In this document: positions 21,329-30,240 of the stretch, one piece after another
How positions within the stretch are numbered: position 1 is the stretch's first letter
How the letters are laid out: each line of letters opens with the position of its first letter
Assembly (NCBI GenBank): GCA_964534375.1
Contig: CAZHPN010000036.1
Span: forward strand, 1-40,460
Reading direction: 5' to 3'
Source: an uncultured bacterium
GTDB taxonomy: Bacteria; Lernaellota; Lernaellaia; Lernaellales; Lernaellaceae
DNA: 40,460 bases
Position numbers and translations under genes: made by a program
The notes under the pieces: generated by a model
What the model was told of the DNA's origin: nothing
Seen by the model: the letters and a program-made list of their open reading frames with translations, nothing else
Database searches by the model: none

Positions 21329-22061
21329 TCTGCACGCCCCACCACCAGGCGACGCGACCGATGACGCAATCGCGAGCTGCCTCATCTTTGAAGACGAGCA
21401 GCCCCTCGCCGCCGTTCGCGTGTTTGTTTTCGGGCAGGCCCATGACTAGATCCGGCGCGACAAATTTGCACCAGCGCACGGCCCCCGCCCCGTCGCGGCG
21501 GAAAACGGCGAGTTCGCCGTCGAGCTTTTTCGGGTCGCGCCGGCTGTGGTCGATGGCGACGATCGCGCCCGGCGTCAGGATGGGCGACATCGCGTCGTCC
21601 GCGACGCGGGCGCAGGTCAGCATTTCGGGTTTGAGCGCCCACTCCGCATAGATCACGGCGAAGTCTTCGACGTCTTGCGGCCGGATGTCGCGCGGGCTGG
21701 CGGCCGCGGCGGCCGCGGCCAGCACCGGCGCGGCGATGAACCGATCGCGCTCGATCTCGCCTTCGAGCAAATCGACGGCGGTCGGCGTGCGGCTTTTCGG
21801 GGCGCTGGGCGGCGCAACGCGCAGCACCGCCGGCCCCTGCACGCCGGCTTCGCCGGTCAGCAGCCACAGCGGATCGACGCGGAAGACGCGCCAGATGGCC
21901 ACCAGCGCCTTGGCGCCGGGTTGCCGGCCGCCCTCGAGCCAATTGTGCACGGCCTGGTGGTTGACGCCGATCGCCTCGGCGAAGCGGCGCACCACGCCGC
22001 CCGCGTGCTTTTCGATCAATTCATGCAAGCGTTCGGGGAACGATTGCCGGGGTTTCGCCAT
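21324..22061 (-). CDS. XRE-HTH plus S24-like domain transcriptional regulator (CI/LexA-like), predicted non-cleavable
   Basis: FAEAIGVNHQAVHNWLEG HTH, WLLTGE; C-terminal domain RVADDAMSPILTPGAIVAID...AVRW...VIGRV. Confidence 0.88.
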   Translation of the reverse strand: MAKPRQSFPERLHELIEKHAGGVVRRFAEAIGVNHQAVHNWLEGGRQPGAKALVAIWRVFRVDPLWLLTGEAGVQGPAVLRVAPPSAPKSRTPTAVDLLEGEIERDRFIAAPVLAAAAAAASPRDIRPQDVEDFAVIYAEWALKPEMLTCARVADDAMSPILTPGAIVAIDHSRRDPKKLDGELAVFRRDGAGAVRWCKFVAPDLVMGLPENKHANGGEGLLVFKDEAARDCVIGRVAWWWGVQK

Positions 22062-22072
22062 GCGGCCGCCTG

Positions 22073-22125
22073 TCTACTTTTGTTGATCCTGCGCCAAATT
22101 TACGTCTACAACTTTTTGTTGTCAA
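22073..22125 (-). promoter_or_regulatory. sigma70 promoter of the repressor gene with overlapping palindromic operator candidates
   Basis: Minus strand TTGACA(22125-22120)-17 bp-TAAATT; ACAAC-N5-GTTGT at 22108-22122 and the related TCTAC-N4-GTTGA at 22073-22086. Confidence 0.6.
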
Positions 22126-22139
22126 AGCAATGAATAGTC

Positions 22140-22207
22140 ACCACAGAGACACAGAGAACACGGAGACTCCGGCAATTTTTTCTCTGTGAACTCTGGGCCT
22201 CTGTGGT
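22140..22207. repeat. Inverted CACAGAG-type repeat pair
   Basis: ACCACAGAGACACAGAGAACACGGAG ... CTCTGTGAACTCTGGGCCTCTGTGGT. Confidence 0.8.
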
Positions 22208-22278
22208 TCAATTTCAAAATTCTCCTTGCAAGGCCCGATTCAAACCCCTAACCTAGCAACCTCGTTTTGGGGGGCCGC

Positions 22279-23298
22279 ATGGCCGAGCAGAGTCTTCTCG
22301 CCCGTCTGAAGGGCAAATTGATCGTCGGGATCGCGGTCGGCGGGCTGGTCTATCTGCTGCTGCTGCTGTATTCCGGCTGGCGCGATTTGTCCGTCGCGCT
22401 GGCGGATTTCAACTGGCTGCTGTTCCCCTTGTTGCTGGCGCTGGCCTTCGGCAATTACGTCTGCCGTTTCTGCAAATGGCATTTTTATGTGGGCCGGCTG
22501 GCGATTTCCCTGCCGCGCGCCGACAGCTTCATCATCTTTCTCGCGGGCCTGGTCATGACCATCAGCCCGGGCAAGATCGGCGAACTGCTCAAGGCCGTGC
22601 TGCTCAAGCAATTCAAGGGCACGCCGATCAGCGTCGCCGCGCCGATCGTCGTCGCCGAGCGCATTACGGACTTCATCGCGCTGGTGCTCATCAGCCTGGC
22701 CGGGCTGCTCGTCTTCACCGTCGCCTCGTCGAGCCTCGCGGCGCTGGGCGCGGTCGCGGTCGTGCTCGCGGCGTTCCTCGGGATCGTCAGCAACCGCCGG
22801 CTTTGCCTCTGGCTGATCGACCTGCTCAAACGATCGCGGCGGCTGGCGCACGTCGGCGAGAAATTTCACAACGCTTACGAATCGATCTACCGCCTGGTGC
22901 GCTTGTGGCCGCTGACCGTGGCGACGTTCTTCTCGGTGATGGCGTGGCTGTGCGAATGCCTCGGCTTCTGGCTGACGCTGCGGGCGTTCACGCCGCACCC
23001 GGCCGTGCTGGCGGCGTGCTTCATCTACGCGCTCGGCACGATCGTCGGCGTCGCCAGCCCCGGCGGCCTCGGGCTGACCGAGGGCAGCATGATCGGCATG
23101 CTGCAAACCGGCGCGATCATGGGCGCGGCCAAAATGGCCAAGGCGCCCGCCGCCGCGGCGACCCTGATTATCCGCATGGCGACGCTCTGGTTCGCCGTGT
23201 TTGTGGGCGCGGTTGTGCTGTTGCTCTTCCAGGGCCGGTTCGGCGACGCGGCGGACGAACTCGAGGCGGCAGAATTATCAGTGAACAGCGAACAGTGA
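22279..23298 (+). CDS. Lysylphosphatidylglycerol synthase TM / flippase-like (UPF0104) membrane protein
   Basis: RFCKW, ISPGKIGELLK, ERITD, SPGGLGLTEG, RMATLW; about 8 TM helices. Confidence 0.9.
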   Translation: MAEQSLLARLKGKLIVGIAVGGLVYLLLLLYSGWRDLSVALADFNWLLFPLLLALAFGNYVCRFCKWHFYVGRLAISLPRADSFIIFLAGLVMTISPGKIGELLKAVLLKQFKGTPISVAAPIVVAERITDFIALVLISLAGLLVFTVASSSLAALGAVAVVLAAFLGIVSNRRLCLWLIDLLKRSRRLAHVGEKFHNAYESIYRLVRLWPLTVATFFSVMAWLCECLGFWLTLRAFTPHPAVLAACFIYALGTIVGVASPGGLGLTEGSMIGMLQTGAIMGAAKMAKAPAAAATLIIRMATLWFAVFVGAVVLLLFQGRFGDAADELEAAELSVNSEQ

Positions 23299-23306
23299 AC
23301 AGTGAT
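23279..23306. repeat. Heptamer tandem array at a gene junction
   Basis: CAGTGAA CAGCGAA CAGTGAA CAGTGAT; contains the GTGA stop/start overlap. Confidence 0.75.
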
Positions 23307-26261
23307 CAATCACAATTAACGCGGTCGCGGACGGCTGGCCCCGAGCCGCAGCGTTCAAATTCCCAGTTTGCTCCCGAGGTGATCATCGTCGGCGGCGGCG
23401 CCACCGGCTGCGGGCTGGCGCGCGATCTGGCGCAACGCGGCGTCGGCGTGTTGCTGCTCGAAATGCACGACCTGGCGTACGGCGCGACCGGCCGCTGCCA
23501 CGGCCTGCTGCACAGCGGCGTGCGCTACGCCGTCAGCGATCCGGTGGCGGCGCGCGAGTGCATCGCGGAAAACCGCATCGTTCAGCGCATTGCGCCGCAC
23601 TGCACCGAGCCGACCGGCGGCCTCTCGATCGCGCTGCCGGGCGACGATCCGGCCTATTACGATCAACTCCGCCGCGGTTGCGACGCGGCCGGCATTGAGT
23701 GCGAGCCCGTCACGGCGGCCGAGACGCTGGCGCTCGAACCGTTTCTCAATCCGCGGGTCGTGCGCGCGCTGACGGTTCCCGACGCCAGCGTCGATCCGTT
23801 TTTGTTGTCGCAGGAAAACGCCCGGGCCGCCGCCCGCGACGGCGCCGAGATTCGCACGCACAGCCGTGCGATCGATTTTCTGCGCGACGGCCGCCGCATC
23901 GTCGGGCTGCGCTTCGCCGATCGCGAGGGCGAACACGAAGCGCGCGCGCCGATCACCGTCCTCGCCGCCGGCGGGTGGACCAAATCCCTCGCGGCGCTCG
24001 CCGGCGTCGAAGTCAATCTGGCGCTGTCCAAGGGCAGCTTGATCATCGCCAATCGCCGCTTCTGCGACCGCGTCATCAATCGCTGCCGCAAGTCGGGCGA
24101 CGGCGATCTGCTGATCCCCAACGGCCCGACGAGCATCATCGGCACCACCAGCATCCCGGCGCCCTCCGCCGACGGCCTGCGCATCGAGGAAGACGAACTG
24201 CGCCTGATGTTCGCGCAAGGCGAGCAGATGGTCCCCGGCTTCGAGGAGGCGCGGGCGCTGCGCACGTACTCCGGCGTGCGGCCGCTGTACCGAGAAACAG
24301 GCGGCGCGCCGGACGGCCGGGCGATCAGCCGCGGCTTTTTCGTGCTCGATCACGCGGCGCGCGACGACGTCCCGGGGCTGCTCAGCATCGTCGGCGGCAA
24401 ACTGACCACCTATCGGCTCATGGCCGAAAAAACGGCCGACAAAGCGTGCGCGCTTTTGGGCGTCAAGGCCGAATGCCGCACGGCGACCACGCCGTTGTGG
24501 TCGGCAGCGGCGCCGGACCATTACCGGCGCCACGAGCGGCTCGCCTTGCTCGAGGGCAGCGCGCCGGGGGCGATGATTTGCGAGTGCGAGATGGTCGAGC
24601 GCGGCGCGATCGAAAAGATTCTGCCGGAACTGCGCGGCCGGCCCGACCTCGCCGACGTTCAACACCGCACGCGGCTGGGCATGGGGCCGTGCCAGGGCGG
24701 CATGTGCGCCGCGCGCGCGCTGGCGATCCTGCACGAAAACGGCCTGCTGCGGCCGGGCGAAAGCGCGCCGGTGCTGCGGCGGTTTCTCGAGCAACGGTTT
24801 GCCGGCATCGCCCCGGTGCTGTGGGGCGATCAACTGCGCGAAGAAGCGCTTAACTACGCGCTTTACGCGACGCTCTTCGGCCTCGACAGGGATCATTGCG
24901 GATTGCCGATTGCCGATTGCGGATTGCAAGCCGCACCGTTTGCGGCAGCGCCCGACAGGACGAGCCCCGCGCAAAGCACGCCAAGGCCGGCGCCCGCCGA
25001 AATCCGAAATCCGAAATCCGAAATCCACAATGCGCGCGTGCTCGTGATCGGCGGCGGCCTCGCCGGCATGACGGCGGCGCTGGCGGCGGCGCGGGCAGGG
25101 GCGCGCGTGACCCTCGCCGGGGTCGGGCAAGGCGTGCACCATCTGTTCAGCGGCTGCATCGACCTGCTCGCCTACCCGCCGGGCGCGGACGAGCCGGCGG
25201 CGAACCCGCTGGCGGCGGCGGCGGCGCTCGCCGGCACGCGCCCGGCTCATCCGTACGCCATCGTCGGCGAGCCGCAGATTCGCCGCGCGCTCGGCCAATT
25301 TGTCGCGGACATGGCGGCGAACGGGCTCGTATACCTCGGCGACGGCGAGTCGACGCGCCGCGTGCTGACCGCCCTGGGCACGATCCGGCTGACCGGGCTC
25401 GCGCCGGCGACGATGGCCGCGGCGCCCGAACAGATCGGCGCCGTGTGCAATATCAACAGTTGCCAGAACTTCGCCGCCGAACTGTTGGCAGGCGAACTCG
25501 CCGCGCGGATCGGCAAGCCCGTGGCCGCGCTGCACTTCCGCAACGGGGCGCGGCGCTTCGACGTGCTCGGCGTCAGCCGCCGTTTTGGCGAGCCGGACTT
25601 CGTCGCCGCGTTCATCGCCTATCTGCGCGAGCGCGCGCCGGGGCAGACGGTGGCGATCCCCGCGCTGCTCGGCACGGACGACGCGCCGGCGCTCAAAGCG
25701 CAGATCGAGGCGGGGTTCGGGGGCGTTTTGTGCGAGGTTCCCGGGCAGCCGCCCAGCCTGCCCGGCCTGCGGCTCTTCGGGGCGCTGCGCCGCCTGCTGC
25801 TCGACGCCGGCGTGACGATCGCCAACGGCGCCAAGGCGATCGCGCCTGTGGAAAACGGCGGCGCGCTGGCGGGCGCGATCCTCCTCGTCGGCGAGGCGAC
25901 GCGCGAAGAACCCGCCGACGCCGTGGTGCTCGCCGGCGGCAATCTGGTCTCGGGCGGCATCGTCGGCGCGCGCGACGGTCTGTGCGAGCCGATCTTCGGC
26001 CTGCCGCTCGCGCCCCCAACGCCGCGGCCGTATTTCAGCGAGCAATTTTTGTCGCCGGGCGGCCACCCCGCGCTGCGCAGCGGGATCGCGACGGACGAGC
26101 GGCTGCGTCCGCTCGCGGGCGACCGTCTCCGGTGGCCCAATTTGTTCGCGTGCGGCGACATCTTGACGGGTTTTGACCCGTACCGCGAGCGCTCCGGCGG
26201 CGGCGTGGCGCTGGCGACCGGCGATCTCGCAGGCCGGCTCGCGGCGGAGGCGGTCTCGTGA
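23295..26261 (+). CDS. glpAB: Anaerobic glycerol-3-phosphate dehydrogenase subunit A-subunit B fusion
   Basis: GlpA part: GGGATG, GATGRCHGLLHSG, GGKLTTYRLMAE, ICECE, TRLGMGPCQG. GlpB part: VIGGGLAG, SGCIDLL, HPYA, PPSLPGLRL, GGGVALATG. One frame; the start codon is uncertain. Confidence 0.9.
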   Translation: MNSDQSQLTRSRTAGPEPQRSNSQFAPEVIIVGGGATGCGLARDLAQRGVGVLLLEMHDLAYGATGRCHGLLHSGVRYAVSDPVAARECIAENRIVQRIAPHCTEPTGGLSIALPGDDPAYYDQLRRGCDAAGIECEPVTAAETLALEPFLNPRVVRALTVPDASVDPFLLSQENARAAARDGAEIRTHSRAIDFLRDGRRIVGLRFADREGEHEARAPITVLAAGGWTKSLAALAGVEVNLALSKGSLIIANRRFCDRVINRCRKSGDGDLLIPNGPTSIIGTTSIPAPSADGLRIEEDELRLMFAQGEQMVPGFEEARALRTYSGVRPLYRETGGAPDGRAISRGFFVLDHAARDDVPGLLSIVGGKLTTYRLMAEKTADKACALLGVKAECRTATTPLWSAAAPDHYRRHERLALLEGSAPGAMICECEMVERGAIEKILPELRGRPDLADVQHRTRLGMGPCQGGMCAARALAILHENGLLRPGESAPVLRRFLEQRFAGIAPVLWGDQLREEALNYALYATLFGLDRDHCGLPIADCGLQAAPFAAAPDRTSPAQSTPRPAPAEIRNPKSEIHNARVLVIGGGLAGMTAALAAARAGARVTLAGVGQGVHHLFSGCIDLLAYPPGADEPAANPLAAAAALAGTRPAHPYAIVGEPQIRRALGQFVADMAANGLVYLGDGESTRRVLTALGTIRLTGLAPATMAAAPEQIGAVCNINSCQNFAAELLAGELAARIGKPVAALHFRNGARRFDVLGVSRRFGEPDFVAAFIAYLRERAPGQTVAIPALLGTDDAPALKAQIEAGFGGVLCEVPGQPPSLPGLRLFGALRRLLLDAGVTIANGAKAIAPVENGGALAGAILLVGEATREEPADAVVLAGGNLVSGGIVGARDGLCEPIFGLPLAPPTPRPYFSEQFLSPGGHPALRSGIATDERLRPLAGDRLRWPNLFACGDILTGFDPYRERSGGGVALATGDLAGRLAAEAVS
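24895..25031. repeat. Paired heptamer arrays inside the glpAB linker
   Basis: ATTGC(G/C)G x4.7 (24895-24927) and CCGAAAT x4 plus CCACAAT (24997-25031); the arms are imperfect reverse complements. Confidence 0.88.
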
Positions 26262-27479
26262 AACGGCGCGCGCCCATCGAACCATTGCGGCCGGACGGTC
26301 TCTACGACCCGTGCATCAAGTGCACGATCTGCGTCACGGCCTGCCCGGTAGCGCAAGCGACGGCGGCGTTTCCCGGCCCGAAGCAGGCCGGCCCCGACGC
26401 CCAGCGCTTTCGCGGCCGCAGCGAGCCGGTCGAGGGGCCGTGGATCAATCTCTGCACGGGTTGTTATCGCTGCCAGACCGCATGCCCGGTCAATATCCCG
26501 ATCGCCGAAATCAACGCCTTCGCCAAGCAGCGTTACGCCGGGTCGCAAGGCCGCGACCTCTCGACCGTGCTGCTCACGCACGCGTTCCTGTTCATGCCGC
26601 TCGGCGTGCGTTTTCACGCGCTCGCCAACCCGTTGCTCGGGCAAGCGTGGAGCCGCTGGCTGGCGGAAAAGCTCTTCGGCATCGATCGCCGCGCGCCGCT
26701 GCCGGCGTTTGCGCGCCGGCCGTTTTCCGCCCTGGTGAAAGGCCGGCGGCCGCGGCCGGGCCGGCGGAAGGTCGCGTATTTTCACGGCTGCTTCACGGAG
26801 AGCAACGACCCGGCGGTCGGCCTCGCCGTGCTGCGCGTGCTGGAGGCGGCGGGCGTCGAGGCGCAAATCCCGCGGCAGACGTGCTGCGGCGCCGCCTTGC
26901 TCGGCGCGGGAAACCTCGCCGGGGCGAAATGGCAAAACGAACGAAACGTCGTCTGGCTGCGGCGCGTTGCGCGATGGCTGCGAGGCGATTGTCGTCGGTT
27001 CGCCAAGCTGCGCGCTGGCGCTGTCGCAAGAGATGGGCGCGCTGCTCGGCATCGACTGCGCCGACGTGCAGGAAAAAGTCATCGACCTGTTTTCCTATCT
27101 CGCCCGCCTCGACGACGCCGGCGAACTCGATTTGCCATTCAAGAAAGACGCGCCGGCGCTTGACGCCGCGTATCACGAGGCCTGCCACTTGACCGCGCTC
27201 GGCCGCGGCGCAAACGCCACGCGCGTGCTCGCGAAAATCCCCGGCGTGCGCGTGCGCGCGCTGGACGCCGGCTGCTGCGGCCTCGCCGGGACGTTTGGCA
27301 TGAAGCGCAAAAACGCGTCCCTCGCCCGCGCGATGGGCGCGCCGCTCGCCCGCCGCATCGCCGCCTGGCGGCCGGCGGTCGTGCTGTCCGAGTGCGAGGG
27401 CTGCCGCATGCAGATCGCGCAACTGGCCGGCGTGCCGGTCGCCCATCCGGCGACGATCTTGGCCGACGCGCTGGTCTGA
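26258..27479 (+). pseudogene. glpC: Anaerobic glycerol-3-phosphate dehydrogenase subunit C, frameshifted near 26960 (or sequencing error)
   Basis: CIKCTICVTACP, FPGPKQAGP, CTGCYRCQTACP, YFHGC, CCG in the first frame; SPSC, YHEACH, CCGLAGTFG, ECEGCRMQI in a second frame. Confidence 0.88.
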
Positions 27480-27516
27480 GCGCGCCGCGAATGACGCGAA
27501 GGATGATTTCAGCGAA

Positions 27517-28554
27517 ATGAATCGCAGAGTCTTCTTGAAATACGCATTTGCCGCCGGCGTTTCGCTGGGCGCGGCAGCGGTCGGCCTTCCGGCGGCCCTG
27601 GAAATACGGGCCAGAAGGACCTATGGAACCCGTTGCTTGGAATTATTCAGCGACGGCGGCCTCAAGATGGACGGTTACTACGGTTGGTTGCCCAAACCGA
27701 ATCTGCGAGACGTCAAGGGTCTGAACGCTCCCCGCGTCAATACCGATGAGAACGGCTGTCGCATCGACCGCCGCCGCTTGAAAAGCGGCGATTTGCCGAA
27801 AATATCCATGGTGGGAGATTCCTTCACGTTCGGGTGCGAGGTCTACGACGACGAAACCGTGCCCGCTTATTTGAACGAGAAATTCCAACGCGTGAACTTC
27901 GTCAACAAGGGCGTTCCCGCCTGGGGCTTGGACCAGATTTATCTGCGGGTGAAAAAAGAGGCGCTGAATCGGGACTTTTCCGCAATGGTGATTGGGATGA
28001 TTCCGCAGGATGTGATCCGGATGGCTATGTCGAAATACTTGGGCATGCGGAAACCGTTTCTGACGCCCGGCAAGGACGGCGCGCTGATTTATCATTCGCC
28101 GCCGGCCGAGCCGCTCTGGAGCAACTTGGAGAAAATGGCCAGACGGCGCAGCGTTTATCTGCTGTTGCGCGATTTGCCGAGAGATGACGAGCCGCGAGAC
28201 GAAAGAATAAAAATGAAAGGCGCGCCGTTCGATGTGAGAGACCTGGCGGAGAAAGTAGTGGAAGAGCTGGGACGACTGCAACGGGAGAGCGGCCGGCCTT
28301 TCGTATTTGTGACATTTCCCAACAGCACGGAAATACCGTATGAGTTCGAATTATCCGACCGGTTGTGCCGAAAAGCCGCGGCCGTCGGACTGTATTCGTT
28401 GGATTTGTTCAATAGATACGCGAAAATGTTCACCAACAATGCGGAATTCATTTCTCCGGTGCAACATTTGAACGCCAACGGCAACCGGGTGGCGGCGGCG
28501 GACCTGGGCACGTTTCTGCAAGAAAAGGGCATCGTGAACAACCTGGAAAAGTAA
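27517..28554 (+). CDS. Tat-exported SGNH/GDSL hydrolase-like protein
   Basis: NRRVFLK twin-arginine motif; GDSFTFG, NKGVPAWG, HLNANGN; visibly lower GC than its flanks. Confidence 0.8.
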   Translation: MNRRVFLKYAFAAGVSLGAAAVGLPAALEIRARRTYGTRCLELFSDGGLKMDGYYGWLPKPNLRDVKGLNAPRVNTDENGCRIDRRRLKSGDLPKISMVGDSFTFGCEVYDDETVPAYLNEKFQRVNFVNKGVPAWGLDQIYLRVKKEALNRDFSAMVIGMIPQDVIRMAMSKYLGMRKPFLTPGKDGALIYHSPPAEPLWSNLEKMARRRSVYLLLRDLPRDDEPRDERIKMKGAPFDVRDLAEKVVEELGRLQRESGRPFVFVTFPNSTEIPYEFELSDRLCRKAAAVGLYSLDLFNRYAKMFTNNAEFISPVQHLNANGNRVAAADLGTFLQEKGIVNNLEK

Positions 28555-28657
28555 CGGCGATCGCGGATCGCGGCGGCGGCCAAGGGCCGGCCGCAGGCGT
28601 GGCGCGGCGCCGTCCGGCGTCTCGGCGACCCCGCCCCGAATGGTTATTTATTTCACC

Positions 28658-29494
28658 ATGAACATTATCGAGATGACCGGGCTGATCGGGTTCGGCGCGC
28701 TGGCCGCCGGCTTCTTCGGCGCGCTGACGGGGCTGGGCGGCGGCGTGGTCATCGTGCCGCTGCTCACGCTCGTTTTCGGCGTGGACGTGCGCTACGCCAT
28801 CGGCGCCTCGCTCGTGTCGGTGATCGCCACCTCGTCCGGCGCGGCGGCGGCCTTCGTCAAAGACGGCATCAGCAACATCCGCATCGGCATGTTCCTGGAA
28901 ATCGCCACCACGGTCGGCGCGCTGACCGGCGCTTTTCTCGCAGCGCGCATCGCGACCTCGGCGATCGCCGTCGTTTTCGGCGTCGTCCTGCTGGCTTCGG
29001 TGGTGCTCGAGTTGCAGCCGCGCAAACCGGCGTCCGAGCACGACGGCCAGGATCGCCTCGCCGCGGCGCTCCAGTTCGACGGCTGCTATCCGGAGGCGAG
29101 CGGGCCGCGGTCGTACCGCGTCCACCGCGTCCCGCAAGGTTTTGGCCTGATGTTCGTCGCCGGCGCGCTCTCGGGCCTGCTCGGCATCGGCTCGGGCGCG
29201 CTGAAGGTGCTGGCCATGGACCAGGTGATGCGGATTCCCTTCAAGGTCTCGACGACGACCAGCAATTTCATGATCGGCGTCACCGCCGCCGCGAGCGCCG
29301 GCGTTTATCTCAATCGCGGTTACGTCGATCCGGGCCTGGCCTTGCCGGTCATGCTCGGCGTGCTGGCCGGGTCGATTCTGGGCGCCCGCGTGCTGGTGCG
29401 CACGCAGCCGCGGCGGCTGCGCCACGTGTTCGCGGCGGTAATTCTCGTCCTCGCCATCGAGATGATCTACAGCGGAATCAGGGGGACGATTTAA
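28658..29494 (+). CDS. Sulfite exporter TauE/SafE (TSUP) family membrane protein
   Basis: GALTGLGGGVVIVP, ASLVSVIATS, SGLLGIGSG, STTTSNFMIGVTAA. Confidence 0.93.
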   Translation: MNIIEMTGLIGFGALAAGFFGALTGLGGGVVIVPLLTLVFGVDVRYAIGASLVSVIATSSGAAAAFVKDGISNIRIGMFLEIATTVGALTGAFLAARIATSAIAVVFGVVLLASVVLELQPRKPASEHDGQDRLAAALQFDGCYPEASGPRSYRVHRVPQGFGLMFVAGALSGLLGIGSGALKVLAMDQVMRIPFKVSTTTSNFMIGVTAAASAGVYLNRGYVDPGLALPVMLGVLAGSILGARVLVRTQPRRLRHVFAAVILVLAIEMIYSGIRGTI

Positions 29495-29495
29495 G

Positions 29496-29876
29496 ATGAA
29501 TCCACGCTGGGACGACCGCCGCGTCGAATTCGCCATCAGCCGCCTGCTGCGCACCGGCGTGCTGATTGCGGCCGCGGTCGCCGTCGCCGGCGGGGCGATC
29601 TATCTCGTTCGTCACGGGCAACAGCCCTTCGACTACCGGTTATTCCGCGGCGAACCGTCGGATTTGCGCAGCCCGCTGGGCATCTTGGCCGACGCCTTGG
29701 CCGGCCGCGGCCGCGGTTTGATCCAACTCGGCCTGCTGCTGCTGATCGCCACGCCGGTCGCGCGGGTCGTCTTTTCGGTGTTCGCCTTCGCGATGCAGCG
29801 CGATCGCCTGTATGTCGCCGTCACGTTGCTGGTGCTGGCCGTGTTGCTGTTCAGCCTGGCCGGCGGGCGAATTTAG
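29496..29876 (+). CDS. DUF1634 membrane protein
   Basis: ISRLLRTGV, GLIQLGLLLLIATPVARV, RDRLY; usual TauE partner. Confidence 0.9.
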   Translation: MNPRWDDRRVEFAISRLLRTGVLIAAAVAVAGGAIYLVRHGQQPFDYRLFRGEPSDLRSPLGILADALAGRGRGLIQLGLLLLIATPVARVVFSVFAFAMQRDRLYVAVTLLVLAVLLFSLAGGRI

Positions 29877-29883
29877 GAACGCC

Positions 29884-30240
29884 TCAGCGCGGCATGTCTC
29901 CCAACCCGCCGGCGTTGACGACGTTCGTGTAGCCGGCCTGCCGCAGCGTCCGGGTCGCCATGGCGCTGCGCGATCCCGAGCGGCAATAAAACACCACCGG
30001 TTTGTCCCGGGGTATTTCGGCGATTCGTTTGGGCAATTCCGGCAAGGGGATGTTGACGGCGCCGGGATAGGCGCCGTGGCGGTACTCTTCCGGGCTGCGC
30101 ACATCGATGATTTTCGCGCCCGACTCGATCTGTTCCCGAACTCCGTTGGCGGACATCTTGGTCCCTCCCAATTGTTTCGTGACGATGATCACCGCGATCA
30201 ACGCCGCGGCGGCCGCCAGGGCCCACGCGCTGATGCTCAT
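29884..30240 (-). CDS. Membrane-anchored rhodanese (sulfurtransferase)
   Basis: N-terminal TM helix; IDVRSPEEY, GAVNIP, YCRSGSRS active loop. Confidence 0.92.
   Translation of the reverse strand: MSISAWALAAAAALIAVIIVTKQLGGTKMSANGVREQIESGAKIIDVRSPEEYRHGAYPGAVNIPLPELPKRIAEIPRDKPVVFYCRSGSRSAMATRTLRQAGYTNVVNAGGLGDMPR

Noticed and set aside
21324..22061. Prophage marked by a CI-like repressor
   Set aside because: No integrase, cro, replication or structural phage genes nearby; both flanks are metabolic genes.
22476..23294. N-terminal 273 aa of the 1261-aa ORF
   Set aside because: Out-of-frame overlap with the flippase-like gene; GlpA homology begins only after about 23370.
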